Positions 30,392 to 38,038 of a DNA stretch of 64,000 bases are shown piece by piece; the stretch's first letter is position 1; each line of letters starts with the position of its first letter. A program made the translations under genes and the position numbers. Source of the stretch: a virus (Duplodnaviria; Heunggongvirae; Uroviricota; Caudoviricetes); the IMG/VR virus record IMGVR_UViG_3300032007_000008. One strand, 5' to 3'. Under the pieces are notes generated by a model, which worked only from the letters and a program-made list of their open reading frames with translations, was not told the DNA's origin and did no database searches.

Positions 30392-30457
30392 AAGACTCAT
30401 ACAGCAACAAGCTATAAGCAATTGACAGTTAATCAATCACGCTAATACCGAGTCTTG
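30392..30457 (+). ncRNA. CAGCAA-scaffold RNA with isolated anticodon arm (GTT)
   Basis: AAGACTC-ata-CAGCAA; ATTGA-caGTTaa-TCAAT; GAGTCTT-G. Confidence 0.75.
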
Positions 30458-30461
30458 CCTT

Positions 30462-30537
30462 GCCTTGATAACACAGTGGTTTAGTGTGTCAGCCTTCCAA
30501 GCTGAAGACACCGGTTCGAATCCGGTTCAGGGCTCCA
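30462..30537 (+). tRNA. tRNA-Gly(TCC)
   Basis: ctTCCaa, TCCA end. Confidence 0.9.
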
Positions 30538-30543
30538 TGATGA

Positions 30544-30631
30544 TGCTAGGTAGACCTGTAGGGAGCAGGGGCAGACTGTAAATCTGTTGTGTTAACGCAC
30601 CCTGTAAGTTCGACTCTTACCCTAGCAACCA
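30544..30631 (+). tRNA. tRNA-Tyr(GTA)
   Basis: ctGTAaa, long variable arm, ACCA end. Confidence 0.88.
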
Positions 30632-30805
30632 GAGAGGTGGCAGAAAAGCAGATGCAGTGTCTTTCGAGGACTGGCCATTGTCGATAATAGACGGTTTGTA
30701 AAAACGTTCCTTAAGGTTTCCGTCTGTGGTCAAGGAGTTAGCTACTCATGGAATTACCACTAATCGCATATGGCATTGGAGGTTCAAACCCTCCCCTCTC
30801 AACCA
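30632..30805 (+). ncRNA. tRNA-like RNA with large internal domain
   Basis: GAGAGG/CCTCTC acceptor + ACCA, D arm, T arm GGAGG-TTCAAAC-CCTCC, with ~115 nt between the D and T arms. Confidence 0.6.
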
Positions 30806-30806
30806 T

Positions 30807-30890
30807 TGGCATGTAGCGCGTATACGGTGATAGCTGCTCTTAAGTACATAGAGCCAACAAATGCGGGTTCGACTCCTGCCATGCCTACCA
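30807..30890 (+). ncRNA. atypical tRNA-like RNA with CCA
   Basis: GGCATG/CATGCC acceptor, T arm, and a GCTCT/AGAGC arm with a 9-nt loop. Confidence 0.55.
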
Positions 30891-30907
30891 TCCTCGGTGA
30901 TAACCAC

Positions 30908-31092
30908 CTTGGCAAAAACCCATACGAACGTGGTATGGTCGAGCTGTGAGAACAACGACACAGAGAGCAGTGGAACTTATATCCATGTAGCGACAGTTCT
31001 TCGTGACTGCCAGACGCGATATGAAATCCCTTGAATGGGTCTGGTTTCAGTGTGAGTGAGGCAGGCTACGCTGTGTAAAAGTCACTGCCAAG
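30908..31092 (+). ncRNA. multibranch structured RNA of unknown type
   Basis: CTTGGCA...TGCCAAG closing stem with several internal hairpins; no ORF. Confidence 0.4.
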
Positions 31093-31101
31093 ATTTTCAA
31101 T

Positions 31102-31357
31102 GGTGGATAGTTCAAATGTAACAGAATAAAGGGCATGTTCCGAGGGAACGAGGAGCAAGTAGTGTCACAAAAGGTGTGTGCAGTTCTTGACAATCTTCAC
31201 GCAGCGAGCCAGGTGACCCTGGGGTTGGCGAGTTTGGATTGGGATTGGAATGCAAGTTCTGTCCCAGTTGACCATAGGCTCTCGCCTTGAATTCGTTCGT
31301 ACTAAAAAATCCCCAAAGCCCCGCAAGACGGAGGGTGAAAATCCCTCGCCACCGCCA
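31102..31357 (+). ncRNA. tRNA-like RNA with ~180-nt insert at the anticodon position
   Basis: GGTGG/CCACC acceptor + GCCA, D arm, GGGC...GCCC stem and T arm GAGGG-TGAAAAT-CCCTC. Confidence 0.55.
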
Positions 31358-31364
31358 ATTTCAT

Positions 31365-31452
31365 CACGCCGTGCGCCGAATGGATAAGGCATCGGCCTTC
31401 TAAGCCGACGGGAGTTTTCCCATTGCAGGTTCGAGTCCTGTCGGCGTGGCCA
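31365..31452 (+). tRNA. tRNA-Arg(TCT) with long variable arm
   Basis: ctTCTaa; GGGAGTTTTCCC variable arm; GCCA end. Confidence 0.85.
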
Positions 31453-31505
31453 TGGAACTCTGATAAATCGTAACGGTAATAATGACTCTTTCGGAATATG
31501 AAATT

Positions 31506-31591
31506 GGAGAAGTGCGATAATGGTATTCGAGCGGCTTGCTAAGCCGTGGGGTTAAGAGCCTCTCCCGGTTCGAGTCCGGGCTTCTCCGCCA
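31506..31591 (+). tRNA. tRNA-Ser(GCT)
   Basis: ttGCTaa, long variable arm, GCCA end. Confidence 0.9.
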
Positions 31592-31595
31592 CGAA

Positions 31596-31683
31596 GCTCC
31601 TGTGGCGAAACTGGCAGTACGCATGGGGCTTAAACCCCCAGCCCGGTATCGGGGTAGGGGTTCGAATCCCCTCTGGAGCACCA
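31596..31683 (+). tRNA. tRNA-Leu(TAA)
   Basis: ctTAAac, ACCA end. Confidence 0.9.
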
Positions 31684-31687
31684 AGAT

Positions 31688-31763
31688 GTTCCGATAAGCT
31701 AACAGGACAAACTTCTGCACTCCTAATGCGGGTTTGACGGTTCGAGTCCGTCTCGGAATACCA
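31688..31763 (+). tRNA. tRNA-Arg(CCT)
   Basis: ctCCTaa, ACCA end. Confidence 0.85.
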
Positions 31764-31768
31764 ACTAT

Positions 31769-31850
31769 GCTAGAGTGGTGGAACGGCATACACAGTGGCT
31801 TCAAATACCACGGCTTCGGCATATGGGTTCAAATCCCATCTCTAGTACCA
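31769..31850 (+). tRNA. tRNA-Leu(CAA)
   Basis: ttCAAat, ACCA end. Confidence 0.9.
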
Positions 31851-31854
31851 AACT

Positions 31855-32009
31855 AAGGCAGATACAGCAAACATTGTTTTGTAAATAAAAAATGCTAAAC
31901 AATACCCAGACTGCGGGTTAAAGCCGTCAAACGCATCAATCAAGCATGGCGTTGTTATGCTGACAGTTTCGATTGCTACGTACTTCTGTAAAAAGCGAAA
32001 ACTGCCTTG
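31855..32009 (+). ncRNA. CAGCAA-scaffold RNA, long subtype with GTA anticodon-like hairpin
   Basis: AAGGCAG-ata-CAGCAA...GTTTCGATTGC...CTT-ctGTAaa-AAG...CTGCCTT-G. Confidence 0.65.
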
Positions 32010-32062
32010 GTGTCTCCGACGGGACACAACGCGCCGAAGGGCATCGGTGCAAAGCTATTTCA

Positions 32063-32183
32063 AAGATGCCAACAGCATATTCATTCAGCCTGGTAAGCTC
32101 GTGGTTACGGGTTCAAATCCCGTTGGACTGGCGAAAGCTGGTCTATAGCTCAATCTGGTAGAGCGCGTATATATGGCATCTTG
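32063..32183 (+). ncRNA. CAGCAA-scaffold RNA carrying circularly permuted tRNA-Thr(GGT)
   Basis: AAGATGCC-aa-CAGCAT; AGC-ctGGTaa-GCTCG, T arm, acceptor closed by GAAA, D arm; GGCATCTT-G. Confidence 0.82.
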
Positions 32184-32190
32184 TCTTTTT

Positions 32191-32272
32191 GGGTATGTGG
32201 TGGAATGGCATACACGGCAGATTTAGGTTCTGTTGCGAAAGCATGGGGGTTCGAATCCCTCCATACCCACCA
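32191..32272 (+). tRNA. tRNA-Leu(TAG)
   Basis: ttTAGgt, ACCA end. Confidence 0.9.
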
Positions 32273-32284
32273 CAAACTAGCAAT

Positions 32285-32359
32285 TGGCGATTAATATAAC
32301 GGTTATTATGGAACGCTGATACCGTTCTCACGATAGTTCGACTCTATCATCGCCAACCA
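32285..32359 (+). tRNA. tRNA-Ile(GAT)
   Basis: ctGATac, ACCA end. Confidence 0.82.
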
Positions 32360-32360
32360 A

Positions 32361-32448
32361 TGCGGCATGTCGCAAGACCGTGGGTTCGAATCCCACCTCC
32401 AGACAGAATGAGCTGGGCGTGACTGAGCAGGATTAAGGTGATGCCGCA
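32361..32448 (+). ncRNA. permuted tRNA-like RNA opened at the anticodon (YrlA-like topology)
   Basis: TGCGGCAT...ATGCCGCA stem enclosing a variable arm, T arm, loop-closed acceptor and D arm. Confidence 0.6.
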
Positions 32449-32455
32449 ACACTTT

Positions 32456-32794
32456 GGGGGTGAACAGGTTTTCGACTGTATCATTCCGTAGAAGATGGCA
32501 ATTCGGACAAGCATGATGCCCGTTAAAGCATATGCGAAAAAAAGTAAACGGCAACGATTACAGAATGGCTGCTTAAGCCGACGAAAGGGAATGACCTCCG
32601 ATAGCTCCTGAGTAGTTTCATCATCGGAGCGGCTTCGCGAAGTTTGGCCTTCATAGCGCGGCGGCACATCAAGGCTATAGGGGAAACGAGGTCTGTGTCT
32701 CTCGCCAACCCGAAATCGATGACACGATGAATGATTGTAGCAAGTCTTCGAACGAAGTTATAGGACGCGGGTTCGATTCCCGCCACCTCCACCA
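32456..32794 (+). ncRNA. ssrA: tmRNA
   Basis: GGGGGTG...TTCGAC 5' end; GACGCGGGTTCGATTCCCGCCACCTCCACCA 3' end with G3.U70; tag frame ...GNDYRMAA*. Confidence 0.93.
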
Positions 32795-32798
32795 ATAT

Positions 32799-32874
32799 GC
32801 TGGGTTGGCTGAACGGTTAACGCGCCGTCCTTGTAAGACGGAGAATGGGGTCTCGGAATCCTCACCCAGCTCCA
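32799..32874 (+). tRNA. tRNA-Thr(TGT)
   Basis: ctTGTaa, TCCA end; atypical T loop. Confidence 0.8.
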
Positions 32875-33072
32875 TTTGCGGTTCTCGATTTACCGAGCAT
32901 AGAAAAATCGTAGCGCAACGGTAGGTGCGTAGCCAGCCGTGTCTATGACCGGCACCGTGGACTTTCGGGATTTCCCATGGTCAAGGCACATCAGTGAACT
33001 TAAGATAGCTGTTGTGACAAATTCGGCTTCTCCAAAGTCTTCTCCCATACCGTAGGGGGAGGCAAAATTCCT

Positions 33073-33223
33073 AAGACGTGAAACTGCAACAAAACAGGAA
33101 TACGCTAATCCGATGGTCGTAGGTTCAAATCCTACCTGTGCGGCAAACGGGTGATTCCGTCCCGCACGGTAGCTCAGCGGTTAGAGCATCGGACATTTCT
33201 ACGCCTTGTGCGTTCGCGTCTTG
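33073..33223 (+). ncRNA. CAGCAA-scaffold RNA (CTGCAA variant) with permuted tRNA opened in the anticodon loop (GCT)
   Basis: AAGACGTGAA...TTCGCGTCTT-G; GCTAA-TCCGA, T arm, CTGTGCGG/CCGCACGG acceptor, D arm, TCGGA. Confidence 0.78.
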
Positions 33224-33235
33224 TGATTTCTGAGT

Positions 33236-33312
33236 GGTGATGTGCTACAGTGGCCTACTAGACCCGCCTCATACGCGGAGGTTCATTGGTTCGAATCCAA
33301 TCGTCACTACCA
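33236..33312 (+). tRNA. tRNA-Met(CAT) (elongator Met or Ile2)
   Basis: ctCATac; ACCA followed by a second CCA. Confidence 0.78.
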
Positions 33313-33319
33313 CCAAATC

Positions 33320-33394
33320 CCTTTGGTAGTTCAACGGCTAGAATAGAAGATTGTGATTCTTCGGACGTGGGTTCGACTCCCACCCATCGGACCA
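33320..33394 (+). tRNA. tRNA-His(GTG), irregular acceptor
   Basis: ttGTGat; two acceptor mismatches, A73, and no G-1:C73 pair. Confidence 0.7.
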
Positions 33395-33522
33395 TTTCGG
33401 ATGAAAGGTACTTACGCATCGAACAGGAGTTCGAGTCTCCGGCGTGACGGTTCGATTCCATAACGCGCAGGTGCAAAATGCGGAACGTTCTGACTGGACA
33501 GGCTTCCAAAACCCTTTCTAAT

Positions 33523-33610
33523 GGAAAGTTGTCAGAGTGGTTTAACGTACTCCGTTCGAAGCGGAGAGGGTGTAAAAGCTCCGCAGGTTCGAATCCTGCA
33601 CTTTCCGCCA
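33523..33610 (+). tRNA. tRNA-Ser(CGA)
   Basis: ttCGAag, long variable arm, GCCA end. Confidence 0.9.
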
Positions 33611-33613
33611 AAT

Positions 33614-33701
33614 GGAGGGATATTCTAATTGGTAAGGAGCCATCTTGGAAAGGTGGTGGGGTTAATAGCCCTTGGGAGTTCGAACCTCCCTCTCTCCGCC
33701 A
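33614..33701 (+). tRNA. tRNA-Ser(GGA)
   Basis: ttGGAaa, long variable arm, GCCA end. Confidence 0.9.
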
Positions 33702-33730
33702 TTTCTCCGAGAAAGAAAACACTTGCATAT

Positions 33731-33816
33731 GCAGACCGTGTATGCTAAATTCGGGTTTCGAAAGGAACTTTCGCAAATTTGGGGGTGGGGTACGAGTCCT
33801 CATAAGGTCTGCACCA
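33731..33816 (+). ncRNA. CCA-ended tRNA-like RNA without recognisable anticodon
   Basis: GCAGACC/GGTCTGC + ACCA; TGGGG-TACGAGT-CCTCA T-like arm; GAAA-capped internal hairpin. Confidence 0.45.
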
Positions 33817-33820
33817 TAAT

Positions 33821-33895
33821 GCTCCTGTCGAATAACGGTAAGTTCGACTGCTTCTCACGCAGTAGACCAGGGTTCAACTCCCTGCTGGAGTGCCA
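33821..33895 (+). tRNA. tRNA-Glu(CTC)
   Basis: ttCTCac, GCCA end. Confidence 0.88.
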
Positions 33896-34019
33896 TAGAC
33901 ATAAACAGCAATTAAAGCTCTTATCAAACCGGTTATGGCGGTTCGAATCCGTCGCTCCGAGGAAACTTGGAACTCGTCTAATGGCTAGGACTCTGGTCAG
34001 CGAAAAGAATTATGTCTAG
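33896..34019 (+). ncRNA. CAGCAA-scaffold RNA with permuted tRNA opened in the anticodon loop (ATC-like)
   Basis: TAGACATA-aa-CAGCAA; ttATCaa-ACCGG, T arm, acceptor closed by GAAA, D arm GTCT/GGAC, CTGGT; TATGTCTA-G. Confidence 0.78.
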
Positions 34020-34024
34020 CATTT

Positions 34025-34099
34025 GCTGGATTGGCTGAGAGGTTAGGCACTTCACTCGTAATGAAGCTCACGGAAATTCGAGTTTTCCATCCAGCTCCA
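34025..34099 (+). tRNA. tRNA-Thr(CGT)
   Basis: ctCGTaa; A53:U61 T stem; TCCA end. Confidence 0.85.
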
Positions 34100-34174
34100 G
34101 CTGAGTTGGCTGAGAGGTTAGGCACTCCCTTGGTATGGGAGATTACGAAAATCCGAGTTTTTCACTCAGCTCCA
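34100..34174 (+). tRNA. tRNA-Thr(GGT)
   Basis: ttGGTat; A/U-rich T stem; TCCA end; abuts the previous tRNA. Confidence 0.82.
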
Positions 34175-34179
34175 AAAAT

Positions 34180-34255
34180 GGGAGTATAGCTCAATTGGCA
34201 GAGCAGCAGACTCTTAATCTGCGGGTTCGGGGTTCGATTCCCCGTGCTCCTACCA
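34180..34255 (+). tRNA. tRNA-Lys(CTT)
   Basis: ctCTTaa, ACCA end. Confidence 0.92.
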
Positions 34256-34267
34256 TTTCGACGAAAT

Positions 34268-34342
34268 TCGGGATTATCTCAACGGCAAGAGTCCCTCCTC
34301 GACACGGAGGGTATGGATGTTCGATTCATTCATCCCGAACCA
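34268..34342 (+). tRNA. tRNA-Val(GAC)
   Basis: tcGACac (C33), ACCA end. Confidence 0.82.
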
Positions 34343-34352
34343 TTTACCATAT

Positions 34353-34429
34353 GGCCGGTTAGCTCAGCAGGTTAGAGCATCTGTCCTACACACAGAATGT
34401 CGGGGGTTCGATTCCCTCATCGGCTACCA
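34353..34429 (+). tRNA. tRNA-Val(TAC)
   Basis: ccTACac (C33), ACCA end. Confidence 0.88.
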
Positions 34430-34431
34430 TC

Positions 34432-34493
34432 AAGACGCTATCAGCAATCTTCAACCTTGGTTTATTCATACAAATCGCCTAACATGCGTCTTG
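34432..34493 (+). ncRNA. CAGCAA-scaffold RNA with short CAT-loop hairpin
   Basis: AAGACGC-tat-CAGCAA...ttCATac...GCGTCTT-G. Confidence 0.68.
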
Positions 34494-34497
34494 CTAT

Positions 34498-34576
34498 GGC
34501 GGCTTACCCAATACTGGAATAGGGAATGGTCTGCAAAACCATTTTAATGAGGGTTCGATTCTCTCAGCCGTCTCCA
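34498..34576 (+). tRNA. tRNA-Cys(GCA)
   Basis: ctGCAaa, TCCA end. Confidence 0.88.
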
Positions 34577-34579
34577 TAT

Positions 34580-34654
34580 GCGGCCATAGCAAAACGGTTA
34601 TGCACCTGACTTTTAATCAGGGATACGTGAGTCCGACTCTCACTGGCCGTACCA
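34580..34654 (+). tRNA. tRNA-Lys(TTT)
   Basis: ctTTTaa, ACCA end. Confidence 0.88.
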
Positions 34655-34661
34655 TCCAAAG

Positions 34662-34737
34662 TGTCCTGTAGTATAACCAGGTAGTACAGGAGAATTTGAG
34701 TCTTTTGGTCTGGGTTCGAATCCCGGCGGGACAACCA
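34662..34737 (+). tRNA. tRNA-Gln(TTG)
   Basis: atTTGag, U1-A72, ACCA end. Confidence 0.85.
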
Positions 34738-34748
34738 CGGATTATCAT

Positions 34749-34822
34749 TGGGGGTTAGTATAATGGTAGTACAGCTGACTCTGACTCAGCTTGAGGAGGT
34801 TCGAATCCTCCACCCCCAACCA
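34749..34822 (+). tRNA. tRNA-Gln(CTG)
   Basis: ctCTGac, U1-A72, ACCA end. Confidence 0.9.
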
Positions 34823-34825
34823 CAT

Positions 34826-34842
34826 GTCATCTACATTCAATT
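34826..34842 (+). repeat. trailer complementary to both array leaders
   Basis: GTCATCTACATTCAATT is the exact reverse complement of 27258-27274 and (16 nt) of 29506-29521. Confidence 0.85.
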
Positions 34843-34905
34843 TACAAAAAATTGTTGCGTACATGGGGTTGTTGTGGTATAATTTACGGCAACAAAGGAA
34901 AAAAT

Positions 34906-36831
34906 ATGTCAAACAAAGTTCTAGGAATAGACCTTGGCACAGGAAATTCCTGCATGTCAATTCTTGAAGGTGGAAGTGCAACTATAATCACGAATGCAGA
35001 GGGTGCTAGGACAACACCCTCAATAGTAGCGTTTACAAAGACCGGAGAACGACTGGTCGGCCAATCCGCGAAGAGGCAGGCCGTTACAAATCCTAAGAAC
35101 ACCGTGTATTCGATAAAACGCTTTATAGGGCGGAAATACTCGGAGGTTACGGAAGAGGCAAAGCTTGTCCCATACGAAGTCGTTGAGGCTGCAAATGGCG
35201 ATGCACACGTTAAAATTGACGGAAAGACGTATTCGCCAGAGGAAATTTCATCGTTTATCCTCGCAAAGCTTAAAAAGGATGCGGAGTCGTATCTTGGAGA
35301 AGAGATTACTCAGGCCGTAATAACGGTGCCAGCATATTTCAACGATTCGCAGAGACAGGCCACGAAGAATGCCGGACGAATAGCTGGGCTTGATGTTTTG
35401 CGAATCATAAACGAGCCTACGGCAGCTGCTTTGGCATATGGTTCCGGCAAGGATAAGTCCGGTGTCGTGGCAATCGCCGACTGTGGATGCGGTACATATG
35501 ACATTTCAATCCTCGATGTTGGCGATGGCGTGTTTGAAGTCAAAGCCACGAACGGAGATACACACCTCGGTGGAGATGATATCGACCAGTGCGTCATGAA
35601 GTGGCTCATCGAGGATTTCAAGGCACAAAACGGAATTGATTTGTCAGCCGACAACATGGCGTTGCAGAGAATCAAGGAAGAGTCGGAAAAGGCGAAATGC
35701 GCACTTTCTACCGAAAGCACATATTCAATCAGCCTTCCGTTTATAACTGCTGACGCTACAGGGCCGAAGCACCTTGAGGCTACAATTACCCGCTCAAAGC
35801 TTGAGGAGCTTTGCGATGGCGTAATCGACAGGCTTGTTGCTCCTGCAAATAGCTGCATAAAGGATGCAGAAGCAGGTTCAATCAACGAAGTTCTTCTCGT
35901 CGGAGGAATGACGAGAATGCCATGCGTACAGCGCAAAATAAAGGATATTTTTGGCATAGAACCTTCGAAGGGAGTAAACCCAGATGAAGCTGTCGCGATG
36001 GGAGCTGCAATACAGGGCGGAATTATAAAGGGTGAGGTCAAGGACACCCTTCTTCTCGACGTTACACCGCTTACACTCTCAATCGAGACAATGGGCGGAA
36101 TTGCAACTCCAATCATAACGAGAAACACGACTATTCCCACGAAGAAAAGTCAGATTTTCTCAACGGCTGAGGACAACCAGCCTGCTGTAGATATTCACAT
36201 CACGCAAGGCGAAAGAAAGTTTTCAAACGACAACAAGTCTCTTGGACGGTTTAGGCTTGATGGAATTCCGCCTGCTCCACGCGGAGTGCCTCAGATAGAA
36301 GTAAGTTTCGACATCGACGCTAATGGAATACTCAGTGTAGCTGCGAAAGACCTTGGAACCGGCAAGGAGCAGAAAATTACCATTACCGCCTCATCGGGGT
36401 TGTCCAAAGAGGACATAGACAAGATGACTGCCGACGCAGAGAAGTATGCAGACGAAGACAAGAAGAGGTCGGAACTTGTCGGATTGAAAAACAACGCCGA
36501 TGCGATTGCTCATTCGTCCGAGAAATCGGCAAACGAGCACAAGGAACGGCTTGGAAATGACCTGTATGACCGAGTTATGTCGGCAGTAAAATCGGTTCGT
36601 GAAGCTGCGAAGGGAGATTCTTCAGATGCGATAAAGACTTCCATGGACGAATTGAACAAGGTCAATGAGGAGGTGGCAAAGGTGATTTATCCAAGTTCAA
36701 GCAGAAGCAATCCGGCAAGCGGAATGTCGGAACAAGACCTAAAGAACATGTTTGGGGGGAGTAATGGTCCGTTCAGTGGGTTCTCAAAGGGTGGATTCGG
36801 CGGAAATAACGACAACGTGGTGGATGTCTAA
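34906..36831 (+). CDS. dnaK: Hsp70 chaperone DnaK
   Basis: [44 protein letters not shown] and [12 protein letters not shown]; AAAGGA RBS. Confidence 0.97.
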   Translation: MSNKVLGIDLGTGNSCMSILEGGSATIITNAEGARTTPSIVAFTKTGERLVGQSAKRQAVTNPKNTVYSIKRFIGRKYSEVTEEAKLVPYEVVEAANGDAHVKIDGKTYSPEEISSFILAKLKKDAESYLGEEITQAVITVPAYFNDSQRQATKNAGRIAGLDVLRIINEPTAAALAYGSGKDKSGVVAIADCGCGTYDISILDVGDGVFEVKATNGDTHLGGDDIDQCVMKWLIEDFKAQNGIDLSADNMALQRIKEESEKAKCALSTESTYSISLPFITADATGPKHLEATITRSKLEELCDGVIDRLVAPANSCIKDAEAGSINEVLLVGGMTRMPCVQRKIKDIFGIEPSKGVNPDEAVAMGAAIQGGIIKGEVKDTLLLDVTPLTLSIETMGGIATPIITRNTTIPTKKSQIFSTAEDNQPAVDIHITQGERKFSNDNKSLGRFRLDGIPPAPRGVPQIEVSFDIDANGILSVAAKDLGTGKEQKITITASSGLSKEDIDKMTADAEKYADEDKKRSELVGLKNNADAIAHSSEKSANEHKERLGNDLYDRVMSAVKSVREAAKGDSSDAIKTSMDELNKVNEEVAKVIYPSSSRSNPASGMSEQDLKNMFGGSNGPFSGFSKGGFGGNNDNVVDV

Positions 36832-37229
36832 TGAAGTATTCCGTAAAAAGCATCCATAGAAGTAGGACAAAGCTCAAGTTTGACGCGAAACATCGCAAAC
36901 TCGACCATTCTATAACCACAGAGTACAGCAATCTTGACGAGAGTGAAGTTCTACAGGTAATCAGTGAATTTTTGGATGTCAATCCAGATGAACCTGAGCC
37001 TAAGCTAAATGCGCCATTTGAGGTACCTGAGGAAATCAGCAGAAAGATACTTCGCTCGTATAATATGAGGATGTCCAAGTATCACGAGATAGCCGACGAC
37101 TTCAAGGTTTTCACCGAGTCTTCTGATTTTGAGCACATCTTCGAACTTGAGTCTCTGTTCGAAAAGGATGAACATCCAGAGGATTCGGAGACTGTCGGTG
37201 ATTCGATTTCCATAATGAAGCTGCAATAG
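36831..37229 (+). CDS. hypothetical protein
   Basis: 132-aa ORF, translationally coupled to dnaK (TAATG). Confidence 0.6.
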   Translation: MKYSVKSIHRSRTKLKFDAKHRKLDHSITTEYSNLDESEVLQVISEFLDVNPDEPEPKLNAPFEVPEEISRKILRSYNMRMSKYHEIADDFKVFTESSDFEHIFELESLFEKDEHPEDSETVGDSISIMKLQ

Positions 37230-37237
37230 GCCGACAA

Positions 37238-38038
37238 ATGAACGCGCCAATACGATATTTCGGAGGAAAGGGTACAATGTTCAACTCAATTTTGGAGAAC
37301 TTTCCTAAAGAGAAGGATTATCGAATCTATGTGGAGCCGTTCGGCGGGACATACACCGTCGGCCTTCACATGGATTACCTTCCTCCGATTGAGATTTACA
37401 ACGACCTTGAAAAGAATGTGTATTCTCTGTACAAGGTTCTTAAGAATCGTGAGATGTACGATGAGTTTCTCAAAAGGGTAAGCTTAACCCCATTTTCCGA
37501 GGATGAAAGGAGGGAAGCGAAAGAGAAGCTTGAGGATGATTCAATTTCGATTATTGACAGGGCCGTATATTTCTTCGTAATGAACAGGATGAGCCACAAC
37601 GGTATAGGTGGCATAAGCCTGAACATGGTAGTTAGGCGTGGAATGTCGAAAAGCGTATCCGATTATCTATCAGCCATAGACAGGATGCCAGAACTTCACG
37701 AACGACTGTCTCGCGTTCTAATATTGAATAGAGATGCAATTGGGCTGATGGACAAGTTTTCTCAGGAAAATTGTTTTCTCTATTGCGACCCTCCATATGT
37801 ATGGGACACTCGCGGCGCAACTAGGTACAAGATGGACAACAACAACGAATGGCATGAAAGCTTCGTTGATTGCTGCATACGTAGCAATGCCAAGATTCTC
37901 ATTTCAGGATACGAACATCCGATATACGACAGACTTGAGCAGAACGGCTTTACAAAGGTTACGTTCAATGTGAACACGATAACTGGAACAGGTAAACCAA
38001 AGACGAAGACAGAAGCCCTTTGGAAAAACTACCCATGA
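37238..38038 (+). CDS. D12-class (Dam-like) DNA adenine methyltransferase
   Basis: YFGGK, YVEPFGG, YND and YCDPPY motifs. Confidence 0.9.
   Translation: MNAPIRYFGGKGTMFNSILENFPKEKDYRIYVEPFGGTYTVGLHMDYLPPIEIYNDLEKNVYSLYKVLKNREMYDEFLKRVSLTPFSEDERREAKEKLEDDSISIIDRAVYFFVMNRMSHNGIGGISLNMVVRRGMSKSVSDYLSAIDRMPELHERLSRVLILNRDAIGLMDKFSQENCFLYCDPPYVWDTRGATRYKMDNNNEWHESFVDCCIRSNAKILISGYEHPIYDRLEQNGFTKVTFNVNTITGTGKPKTKTEALWKNYP

Noticed and set aside
31102-31357. Group I intron in a tRNA anticodon loop
   Set aside because: I could not identify P7/R/S core sequences or a clean U|...G| splice junction by eye; left as a tRNA-like RNA with insert.
26766-34547. Many 60-264 aa ORFs on both strands across the RNA array
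   Set aside because: They overlap or are antisense to tRNA/tmRNA genes and translate into typical tRNA-shadow peptides; there is no RBS or protein motif support.
34906-36831. Host chromosomal DNA or a prophage boundary at dnaK and the tRNAs
   Set aside because: No grpE/dnaJ/hrcA neighbours; flanking genes are phage-type, the promoter style is the same throughout, and no integrase or att site is seen.
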